A stretch of 63,904 bases of DNA, filler included, from Octopus bimaculoides (taxonomy: Eukaryota), in NCBI RefSeq assembly GCF_001194135.2. It is 5 parts of 5 records of this genome, joined end to end, with 100 filler letters (N's around TTAATTAATTAA, not from the genome) between each part and the next. Parts side by side here need not be neighbours in the genome. Positions count along the whole stretch, not along the records: positions 1 to 31,222 come from NC_068991.1; positions 31,323 to 41,429 come from NC_069003.1; 3 more parts are not named here. One strand, given 5' to 3'. The number at the start of each line of letters is the position of its first letter. Position 1 is the first letter of the stretch. Of this stretch, positions 27,937 to 38,158 are shown piece by piece. Position numbers and translations under genes: made by a program. The notes below the pieces were generated by a model that saw only the letters and a list, made by a program, of their open reading frames with translations, did no database searches and was not told the origin of the DNA.

Positions 27937-28276
27937 AATTTTTAAATAAGGTTCATTTGAACTCGCATTAACTTCATTTGTATGTGTTGTCCTGTGCTGT
28001 ACCATCTATATGTGACATTATTGTCTTAATAAAAAATTTAGCTAGCAAGCCAAGCTACTCCAGACTGATGAAGTGCAATAACTCTGAAACTAGTCTCTGG
28101 ATGCTGGTTTTGCTGGGTGGAAGTGCTTATCTCCCCTATTAGAACGCTTGTGTCGCATAGACAGCTGGAAACGATGTTTCCTAGGGCAAAATAACAGTAG
28201 CATTCTTCACTTTGCCGGGACTGCCACATAAAGTTAATTTTTAAATAAGGTTCATTTGAACTCGCATTAACTTCAT
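27937..28276 (+). repeat. Identical 41-bp direct repeats with a 299-bp period
   Basis: aatttttaaataaggttcatttgaactcgcattaacttcat at 27937-77 and 28236-76. Confidence 0.9.
28059..28101 (+). ncRNA. Minimal type I hammerhead ribozyme (Penelope/retrozyme type)
   Basis: Stem I TCCAGA(28059-64)/TCTGGA(28096-101); core CTGATGA 28065-71; stem II AGTG/CTCT with one T-T mismatch; GAAA 28086-89; palindromic minimal stem III ACTAGT; GTC cleavage triplet ending at 28095. Confidence 0.75.
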
Positions 28277-28277
28277 G

Positions 28278-29126
28278 TGGAGTTCACACTGAAGATATGA
28301 CCCACACCGAAAGCAGTTGTCCGAATATGTCATCACAGTATTATCTACCGATGGGACATGACGTTGTAGCTAGGACACTATTATAAGGAAATCCGTCGGA
28401 AGGATAATCCCGAAGACAAAGAAATAAAAATTCACAATATGGTAGAAGCCATAGTCACTCATAATAAAAAAGGAGTACTGGTGGAATGTACCAGTGAAGA
28501 CCTCAATAAAATGTAAGCACAACAGACCTGACAGAATGATTTGGGATAGGGAGGAACTGTGCACAGTTGTGGAATTAGCTGCTCAGCGGATGTTAACATA
28601 AAGCTGAAGATCAGTGAAAAAGACGACACCTATGCTGAACTATAGATAAATCTGCAGTTACTCTATCCAGATTACAAGTTCAGATTTATACCTGTAATTA
28701 TTGGGGCCCTGGGATATGCAACACACTGCCTAAATACTAATCATGAGAAATTAGGCTGCTCAAAACCAGAAAGAAGAAAGCTAATTCGAAGACTACGGAT
28801 CCAATCCATCACTGGAACTGTAAATATCTGTAAAACTTTGCAGTAATTTATCATTTAAATATATATGAGCAACCTAGATATGCAGCTATATGCATGAGAA
28901 TACATACATAAGACATACAAGTCTGCACATACAGGCATACATACATACATACATCCAAACAAACAAAAATATTCTGTTCTTGATGTTGAAATTCCAATGA
29001 AGGAGCCTTGGATCTAGGATAGAAACTGGTTCTTTCTCTATTGGCAATAAATCTTGAAATAAACTGAATAATGACATACATACATACATACATACATACA
29101 TACATACATACATACATACATACATA
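28278..29126 (+). mobile_element. 3' portion of a REL-endonuclease non-LTR retrotransposon (R4/Dong- or Hero/NeSL-like), ending in (CATA)n
   Basis: Degenerate translation ...SCPNMSSQYYLPMGHDVVA...EYWWNVPVKTSIKCKHNRPD.MIWD...KISEKDDTY...FRFIPVIIGALGY... matches the zinc-knuckle, RHD and PD-(D/E)xK layout of REL LINEs. 3' UTR followed by a (TACA)n tract. Confidence 0.8.
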
Positions 29127-29303
29127 CAAAAGTTATTGGAGCAAGGGGTTCCGTGACTAACAACATCAGAACCAATCTTGAGAAATAAGATTACTCCTAC
29201 TGTTAAAATATACAGAACGTTCATGAAGTTCAACATAAAGATCGACATAAGCAATGACATAAACGCCTGAACACATGACAAATGTGTACATGTGCACAAA
29301 TAC

Positions 29304-29340
<37 letters not shown>

Positions 29341-29581
29341 ATACAAAGAATATGTATGCATGTATACACACATATATGTACATACTTACATGTACATGTG
29401 TATATAGATGCATATCAGGGTACAGGAAGTTAGAAAAATGAACTACAGACAACGGAACAAACACAGGAAAACAGATAGCCAATTGGAATTATTCCTTCGT
29501 CAGCTGCCTCTATTCTAACTAGACGTTTCGAAGATAAGGCAATACATATATATACACATCTGTGCACATATACATATACAT

Positions 29582-29672
<91 letters not shown>

Positions 29673-29699
29673 GAGATAGATAGAGAGATAGATAGAGAG

Positions 29700-29744
<45 letters not shown>

Positions 29745-31115
29745 TATCATAAAGTATAACTTGTATATATCTTATATAAAATATAAGCGGGTATAACATA
29801 TTATTTGTATTCAATATATATTATAATTATACAACATAATATAATATTTCGAATGTACGGACGTGTTTCTGTGTACATGTGTGTTAATGTCAGCGATCTA
29901 TATTCTGTATTAACCAGATAGCAGTGTTGAGTCCTTTAGAGATGAGTTACGTGATTTTTCTCCCCTTCTCCATCGTTTTGAATGTCGATTTATTCGACAC
30001 GTTAACCAATTAGAAATAACTTTACACATTATCATGTACATATTACTGTAGCTTGCTGACGAAGGAAGTCGGAAGTTCGGTTTACACAAACAAGACCTTG
30101 TCCACCAGTAAATGGGTGTTGCTTTGTGTTTTTGTTGTTATTTTTTTTTACTCGCACCTTTGTATGACGTGATTTTTCAGTCTTGTCTCACTCTGGTCCA
30201 TGTATTATATCGAGACTAACCTCGAAACTACAAATATTGAGATTTATGTCACACATAAAAATATCATATTGTTAATCATTTATCGAGCAGAAGTTTGTGT
30301 TATTGTAGCTCATTCGATATGTGTTGCATTCAACACATGAATCATACACACATATATACGTGTATATAAACGTACATCCCTACCATACATGCATACATAC
30401 ATGCATGCATACATACATGCATACATACATACATGCATACATGCATACATACATATGAATGTATATATATATGTATCCGGAATCCAATTATATACATATA
30501 ATGAGTACAGAGTATGTGTAGACCTAAACATTTATTATACATAACTTGATAGTATTGTAATGATTATTCAACTACAAATAGTATATATATAAAAAGGGCA
30601 ATATGTGTGTATATTTGAGTGTTTATTTGCGCGCGTGTTTGTGTGTGTGTGTGTGTGTGTGGGTGTGTGTGCGCGTGTGTCTCTGTGTATGCACATCTTA
30701 AATGGTACATAAATCAAATCATACATGCATTATTCATTACGGCTATGCTTATTAAGTATTTAGCAGAGAAGTATGTGTGTGTGTGTGCGCGCGCGAGTGG
30801 GTAAGTGTGTGTCTACATGTGTGTGCATGTGTCTGTGTGTGTGCTTGTGTGTATTAGTGAATGTGAAAGTAGACAGGCCAATCAGAATGAGTAGCGTCAT
30901 TATGCCTATCATGGTTCAATAATATGAGGCCGCTTACTGCATTGAGAAAATAGTGTACGGACACGTTTAAGGATGTCACGTGATAGCATGAAGGGAGGTT
31001 GGGGAGTGAGAGTCGAGATTAACATGTAAATACTGGGAATAAATGAGTCACGTTGTGTATGTGTGTGTGTGAGAGACAGAGAGAGAGAGACAGACAGACA
31101 GACAGAGAGAGAGAG

Positions 31116-31149
<34 letters not shown>

Positions 31150-31222
31150 CCCTGATGCTCGATACACACGTGAGTGTGCATATATATACATATATATATG
31201 TATATATATATATGTATATATA

Positions 31223-31322
31223 NNNNNNNNNNNNNNNNNNNNNNNNNNNNNNNNNNNNNNNNNNNNTTAATTAATTAANNNNNNNNNNNNNNNNNNNNNN
31301 NNNNNNNNNNNNNNNNNNNNNN
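31223..31322. other. Artificial scaffold spacer (44 N + TTAATTAATTAA + 44 N)
   Basis: The same 100-bp construct occurs at 41430-41529, 56204-56303 and 61831-61930; the 12-mer has stop codons in all six frames. Confidence 0.95.
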
Positions 31323-31640
31323 GAGCGTGGCCGTTGCCAGTACCGCCTGACTGGCTCCTGTAGGATTTTCGAGCGAGATCGTTGCCAGTGCCCCTGGACT
31401 GGCTTGTGCGGGTGGCACATAAAAGACACCATTTCGAGCGTGGCCGTTTTCGTGCGGGTGACACGTAAAAGCACCCACTACACTCTCTGAGTGGTTGGCG
31501 TTAGGAAGGGCATCCAGCTGTAGAAACTCTGCCAAATCAGACTGGAGCCTGGTGTTGCCATCCGGTTTCACCAGTCCTCAGTCAAATCGTCCAACCCATG
31601 CTAGCATGGAAAGCGGACGTTAAACGATGATGATGATAGA
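31323..31640 (+). mobile_element. SINE with an internal minisatellite and RTE-like 3' tail ending in (GAT)n
   Basis: ggcgttaggaagggcatccagctgtagaaa...ccaacccatgctagcatggaaagcggacgttaaacgatgatgat; same tail at 35360-35510. Confidence 0.8.
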
Positions 31641-31776
31641 TAGATAGATAATGTGTGTTTTTGTGCCTCTTTGTTTGGACATCACATTATAGTTATAAAT
31701 GAATGTCACTGTTTTACAAGATGAGTTGTTCATTTTCAGTACTCTGTGCAAACATATCTGGCTATGAGGTAACATT

Positions 31777-31989
31777 GGTTTTAAATTTTGGCACAAAGCA
31801 AGCAGTTTACAAGACTGGAGTAAGTTGATTACATCAACTGTAGTACTCAACTGGTACTTATTTTATCTCTCTCAAAAGGATGAAAAGCAAAGTTGATCTC
31901 GGCAGAATTTGAACTCAGAATGTAAAGACAAACAAAATGCCACTAATCATTTTGCCTGGCATGCTAACAATTCTGCCAGCTCGCTGCCT
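31777..31989 (-). mobile_element. SINE, same family as 60651
   Basis: Reverse complement matches the 60651 copy along its length. Confidence 0.8.
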
Positions 31990-32094
31990 TGGCTATGAGG
32001 AAATATTACCAGTACACATGTCTCCTTATTGTACCTTTTACAGCTACATACATGTCAATATGTTATATTTTGTTCATATTTTTTCCATTAACAG

Positions 32095-32224
32095 GAGAGA
32101 TTGACACCGGCAAGCGCATGTCCAGGTATCGATCCTGCTCACCAGGACGTCGCAATGCTCTTATTGGAATGGAAGGTCAAGAATCGGCCAGCCAAAATAT
32201 AGTAAACAACAACCCTTATGGAAG
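32095..32224 (+). CDS. Candidate exon (130 nt) of an unidentified gene; may contain the start ATG at 32119
   Basis: Strong acceptor (tttttccattaacAG 32093-94) and donor (AAG|gtaatt 32225). One open frame: (G)EIDTGKRMSRYRSCSPGRRNALIGMEGQESASQNIVNNNPYG(R/S). A CpG-retaining island within CpG-poor sequence. Confidence 0.6.
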
Positions 32225-32620
32225 GTAATTTGACTATTTCTTTAAAATAACCAGCTTATTGAAGAAAAGTTTAGAATGTCAGGAGAAAAAAATGTATTGC
32301 AGTATTTCTTCTGCTTCTTTAAATTATGAGTTGAAATCCTCCTTGAACGAACTTTACCTTCATCCTTCTAGATAACATAATATACCAGTCACATGCTGGG
32401 GTCAATGATATCAATTACTAACCCCCCTCTTCCCACTCGCCACTTAACTTTGAAATTGCTGGCTTTTTACCTTAATCAGAAATCATTGTTTTTGACTCCA
32501 GCATTTTAGGATGACAAAGCTGAATCACCAAGACATTTAACAGAGGAACAACATGACAGCATCACCTTTCATCTTTTACTCGTTTCAGTCACTCAACTGT
32601 GGTTATGCTGCAGAACTGGC

Positions 32621-32824
32621 TTAACCCTTTAGCATTCAGATTACTTTATAAAATGTAAAACTTATTTATTCACATCTTTTAAAATTAATCATATATTATC
32701 TTGTAGCTTTGGGATTTTGATGATGAGATCCCTTATTTTTAGAATGACATTGTAGGGTAGGTACTAGATGCGAAATCTGGCCAATTTGAGCCAGATATGG
32801 CTGGTTTAAATGTTAAAGGTTTGA
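32621..32824. mobile_element. piggyBac-like MITE, second copy
   Basis: Collinear with 37931-38158; right TIR decayed. Confidence 0.7.
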
Positions 32825-34249
32825 AAGGTTTTAGTCAAGCAAATTGACCCCTGTACAAACTTTTTATATTTTTTTAAAGCCTGAAACTTATTCTATCAGT
32901 CTCTTTTGCTAAACCACTAATTTATGAGCTTTCGAATGATTCTACCCTGCTGGCCAGGCAAGCAGGCCAACATTCCAACTGAATGGATTGCCAGTTTGTC
33001 ATAGAGTTATCCATTTATAATTGAGTAGACTGGAGCAACATGAAATGAAGTTAATGACCTGTACGGAGACAGCATTTTCTTATGCAACCATAATATACTA
33101 CAAAGTATATTAGACAATTTTTATGAGTCAATACCATGTACTACTGTGTTAGCAGTGCTCTTAAATCATATGTTAAGGTCATCTCTATAGATTTTCCATT
33201 GAAATTATAGCCAGCACTGATTTTGTTATGACGTTTCATATCTGAGATGTCAGATGTAAACAAACAATGAGATTGGGGATGAAAAATGGGTAATGGGTGT
33301 ATATGCCATATTTGGGGAGAGTTTGCTTCTTCATCAACACCCATCTAAGCTATTAATCATCCATAAACTCATTGCTTAAATAGCCACTATATATAGTGGT
33401 ATAATGTTATTGGATATATCAATTTACATATTAAACCCATTCCTGAAAGATGGTACATAAATTCTAATGACTTGTATGGAGACAGCAATTTGTTATGCAA
33501 CCACGATACACTACAAAGTATATTAAACAGTTTTTAAAGTCAATATGATGTACTATTCTGCTCTTAATCTCCAGGAGATTTCCATCTTTATACATACACA
33601 CACATGCACCCCTACCCCACACAATCGGCTTTCACAGTTTTCATCTCCTAGATTCACTCACAAGGCATTGGTACTGTACAGTGGGATTGAACACAAAACC
33701 ACATAGTTGTAAAATGAGCTTAACCACACAACCAAGCCTGCATCTATATTCACAGTTGTTTTTCTTCTCTCTTTTTATTCTTTTTATGATGGCGTTTGTT
33801 GAAAGTTTTAATGTATTTTTTATATACATTATTGCTGTGGCTTGCGTAAATAATCCTGTTTGAATCCTGAGAAAATTAGATTACATTATATTTCAAAACC
33901 TAAATTTTGCTATTGAAATTTGCTTGAATGTTAATTCAAATCTGCTTGAAGGTTAAGTCTATATCTGTAATGTGATGCAAAGTGGGCTTTTTTCTTTTTC
34001 TGTTTTTGCATCATAAAGCTGAGAATGTATGTTATTTGATATGGTATTGAGGTATATATAGGGTGTCTTCTAAAGATGGGACACATAATTTGTAGTTTTA
34101 CAAGATCATAGGCACTCACCCTTAATAAATATCTCATTTCAGTCCCAACTTCTTGGACTTAAAATATGTCCTACCATTACGAAACACTCTGTATAAAGGC
34201 TGAGTGAAAAGGCACGACAAGTTTAACTCATTTTAAAAATTATCTTACA

Positions 34250-34676
34250 TATAGGTGCCATTGTGTCTGTGTAGTTAAGAAGTTTGCTTCCCAATCACTT
34301 GGTTTCAAGTTCAGTCCCACTGCATGGCACTTTGAACAGGTGTCTTTTACTATAACTCTGAGCTGACTGGATTTTGGTAGATGGAAGCTAAAAGAAGTCC
34401 ATTGTATTTATATTTATCTTTACGAGTGTTTGTGTCTACTTGTCTTGACATCATGTGATAGTTGTAAATGAGTGTCACTGTCATAAAAGCAGAGTTGTTC
34501 ATTTTCAGTATTCTGTGGAAACATGCTTGGCTATGAGGAAACATTATCTTACTTGGAAACAGGTGAAAATCTGCAACATGAAGGGCATCAGGCTGTAGAA
34601 AACCTGCCTCAATAAACTCTGTCCAACCCATGCAAGAATGGAAAAGTGAACCTTAAAACATTAATGATGATGATGT
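34250..34676 (+). mobile_element. Full-length decayed SINE (tRNA head, RTE-like tail)
   Basis: Head gtgtagttaagaagtttgcttcccaa..ttcagtcccactg; tail gaagggcatcaggctgtagaaa..ccaacccatgcaagaatggaaa..gatgatgat. Confidence 0.7.
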
Positions 34677-34869
34677 AACCATTTTATATGTATCAATATT
34701 TTAAAACATCTTATAAAATATCTGAATATAATTTTCCCACGCCACATATCTTTTATCCTTTAGTTGCTTCAGTCATTAGACTGGCCTTGTTGGGGCACTA
34801 TCTTGAAGGGTTTTGTTTTACTCAAACAAATCGACCCCATCATCATCATTATCATCATACTGGCATGGG

Positions 34870-35510
34870 TAACATGGTTTGACTGGAACTGGTAAGCTGG
34901 AGAGCTGCACCAGCTCCAGTCTGTTTTGGCTTGGTTTCTATGGCTGGATGCCCTTCCTAATGCCAACCACTGGGTGCCTTTTATGGGTCACTGGCATGGG
35001 TGTCTTTTACATGTCACTGGCACAGGTGTCTTTTATGTGCCACCGGCACAGATACCACACATGTCACCAGTGGAGTGCTAAGAGCACCATCCGAGCATGA
35101 TCATTGCCAGAAGAGCTGTCTGGCTTCCATGCCAGTGGCACATAAAAAGCACCATCTGAGCGTGATTGTTACCAGCACCGCCTTATTGGCACTTGTGCCA
35201 GTGGCATGTGAAAAAACATTTGAGAGAGGTCATTGCCAGTGCCGCTAGACTGGCTCCTGTGCAGGTGGCACATAAAAAACACCATTTGAGTGTGGCCATT
35301 GCCAGTAGCACTTGACTGGCCCTTGTGCCGGTGGCACGTAACAGCACCCACTACACTCTAGGAGTCAGCGTTAGGAAGGGCATCCAGCTGTAGAAACTCT
35401 GCCAAATCAGATTGAAGCCTGGTGCTGCCATCTGGTTTGCCAGTCCTCAGTCAAATCGTCCAACCCATGATAGCATAGAAAGCAGATGTTAAACGATGAT
35501 GATGATGATA
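34870..35510. mobile_element. Two oppositely oriented copies of the minisatellite-bearing SINE (34870-35060 minus; 35080-35510 plus)
   Basis: gtttctatggctggatgcccttcctaatgcc...atgtgccaccggcaca is the reverse complement of tgtgccggtggcacgta...ttaggaagggcatccagctgtagaaac. Confidence 0.75.
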
Positions 35511-35817
35511 ATGAGTTCAGGATTCAAGTAAATCAAATACTTAAATGGTAAAGCACCAGGTTGGGCTTAATAAAGGGAATCGTGTATATTATGAAAGCAT
35601 AGGATCAAATACCAACAAATAGACAGATTACTTTTTTGGTTATATATACGATTAACCACACCCGACTGAGTATATTATGAGTATGAAGGTTGTATTTAGG
35701 AACACACACTGCATCAATTGTACTGCACTTAATAGAGTTGGGATTCACGTTAATAGGAGGTTCTGAATAAGGTGAATAATGCATAAAATTAACAACAGAT
35801 GTATAATGGTTCATTCA

Positions 35818-36050
35818 CTGCAGAAGTTTCCAATGAATTTTTTAATTGATGAACAGAAATATTACATCATGTAAAAAAAACCGTTTTCATTGGGTGAATA
35901 TACACAAATTACACATTTAAAACATTCCAAAAGTCACCAGTTTATGCCAAACTGGTCACTCTTGTGTAATCCGTGATGTAAGCGTTTTTTTTCACATGAT
36001 GTAATATCTCTCTATTCATCAATTAAAAGATTCATTGGAAACAACTGTAG
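35818..36050. mobile_element. Fold-back MITE with about 65-bp imperfect arms
   Basis: gtttccaatgaatttttaattgatgaa..atattacatcatgt..aaaaaa versus tttttcacatgatgtaatat..ttcatcaattaaaagattcattggaaac. Confidence 0.7.
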
Positions 36051-36201
36051 TTGTGGTTTATTTTGAACAATAAGGCCAGATTAATTTTTATCAACGTCTC
36101 CAGGTTATCTCAGCCTCATCTTCAGGATATAGAATGGTATTGGCTTCTGTTACTTTTCACTGAGGACGACTTTTGTCGCTACAATTTTACAGCCAGGAGT
36201 T

Positions 36202-36277
<76 letters not shown>

Positions 36278-36613
36278 CACGCACACACACACGCACGCAC
36301 ACACGCACACACACACGTGTATATGCATATATTAATGCATGTATGTATGTATGTATGTATGTATGCATGTATGATTTAACGTCCCTTTTTCCATGCTAGC
36401 ATGGGTTGGATGGTTCAGCATGGATACTCTACCTAACTCCAGTCAACTCACAATGTACTGGGTACTTTTTTCATGACACCAACACTGGTGAGGTCACCAA
36501 GTACTTGCAAGACAAAATTCCCTCAAGTGAATCGAGTATAGTATTGAGGAGTATGCAAGCATGAAAAGGGGGCAGGAAGAAGTGTCTTGCTGAATGCATG
36601 GCTTCCCTACATG

Positions 36614-36647
<34 letters not shown>

Positions 36648-37930
36648 TGACGTTAAAGTACAAAGTGAATATGAGAGACAGAAATAGGATATATATATAT
36701 TCATGGAGTGATATATAAATGTTTAATAAACATGTTTAATCTCACTCTGGGATTAGTGTGCTCCATGGTTAACCTACCATGTCTTTCAGCAACTTGGAAT
36801 GAAAATTAAACTGACTAGTTTCATCTTTTTTTAAAGACTCATCAAGGATTGTTCATCTATAGCATCTAAACTGTAAAGACATAAATAAACAGAACCATCC
36901 AGAATTTAGCGGATGTTTCACTGCTGCCATGACAACCAGTGTTATTTCTTCTTTAAAGCTGAATCAACTGAGAAGAGTTCCAACTAGATGAAATCTCCAA
37001 GTAGTTTAAATGCACAAGTCTCCAATATCCAAGTGGCTAAAAAGTGTCAGTTGAAGGGCACCTAATTATCATGACCTGGATATGGCTTGTTCCCCAATTA
37101 TAGTCTAAAAAGCTAAGGACTGAAATACTTGTCTCCTTATAGTCTAAAAAGCTAAGGACTGAAACACTTGCTTGAGGAAGAGGTGGAGTTCTTCTCTGAA
37201 ACCTTCAGCTCTCTTAATAGTTTCTTACTGCTAGTTTCATATCTCTGCACTCTTTTATTTCTTTCTTCTACACACTCTTTTATTGGTTCCAGCCAGTGGG
37301 ATGCAGAGAGGCTATGTTTTGTGTTCAACCTCCAACTGCTGTCACTGCTTTGAAATTCATTCTTTCATAATCTATAAAAAAAAAAAGCAAATAACAATAA
37401 TATAGTTTGGCATTAACCCATTCTCCTTTCAGTATTGCGGCATTAGGCCAATGCAAGACATCAGTATTACAGAAACATTAACATTTAAATTGATATGAAA
37501 TAATAGTAAACTATTGATTATTAAGGAAGCAGAATTAAGAAACATGGTTGGATTAGAGCTGAGTTTCTCATAGGAAAGGTAAGGTTCTTCAGGAGGTAGG
37601 GTTGTGAAATTTGAAGTAGGACATGGTGAACTTCTTCCAAACTAATTAATTTCTATCTATAAGAAATGTCCTGCTTCAGAAAATATCTAATTAATATTCT
37701 TCAGGTTATGTCAGTCATGCTGTAGATTTTTTAAAAGAATGAAATAGTTCTATACATGAATATTACTGACTAGAAATTTTAAACCTTGTAATAAGTCAGC
37801 AACAAAATAAATAAATATGTGCATTCTATGCATCATTTTGCTTATTCTTTAATTTTAAATTCAAACATTTAATCTCACCAAGAAATGATTATTTCCCTTG
37901 TATTAACTGTTTGCTAGGGGCACCACATAT

Positions 37931-38158
37931 TTAACCCTTTAGCATTCACATTATTTTGTCATAAGTAATGCTTATTTATTCACATTGCTTTGAATTAATC
38001 ATGTTTTATCTTATAGCTTTGAAATTTTGATGAGGTAACAGTTACTGTTTGGAATGATATTGTAGGGTTGGTTTGAGAGGCCAGATCTGACCAGTTTGAG
38101 CATAAAGCAGGTAGACTATTTTGGTCAGATATGGCTGGTTCAAATGCTAAAGGGTTTA
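37931..38158. mobile_element. piggyBac-like MITE (TTAA-CCCTTTAGCATT...AATGCTAAAGGG)
   Basis: Left TTAA followed by a 12-bp TIR; right end aatgctaaagggttta; second copy at 32621-32824. Confidence 0.75.

Noticed and set aside
29470-29545. Minus-strand CTGACGA plus a GGAAT/ATTCC hairpin and a nearby GAAACGTC, resembling a hammerhead
   Set aside because: No GAAA follows stem II, and the upstream GAAA cannot be paired into a valid type II topology; at most a decayed remnant.
31267-31278. TTAATTAATTAA as a biological motif (homeodomain site or PacI site)
   Set aside because: It is centred in exactly 44+44 N at four places, so it is an assembly linker.
31560-31585. Minus-strand CTGAGGA followed by a CTGG/CCGG hairpin in the SINE tail (also near 35425-35445)
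   Set aside because: Followed by ATGG rather than GAAA, so there is no catalytic core.
36089-36130. Minus-strand CTGAAGATG...GGAGACGTTG
   Set aside because: The core GAAA is mutated and the helices are incomplete.
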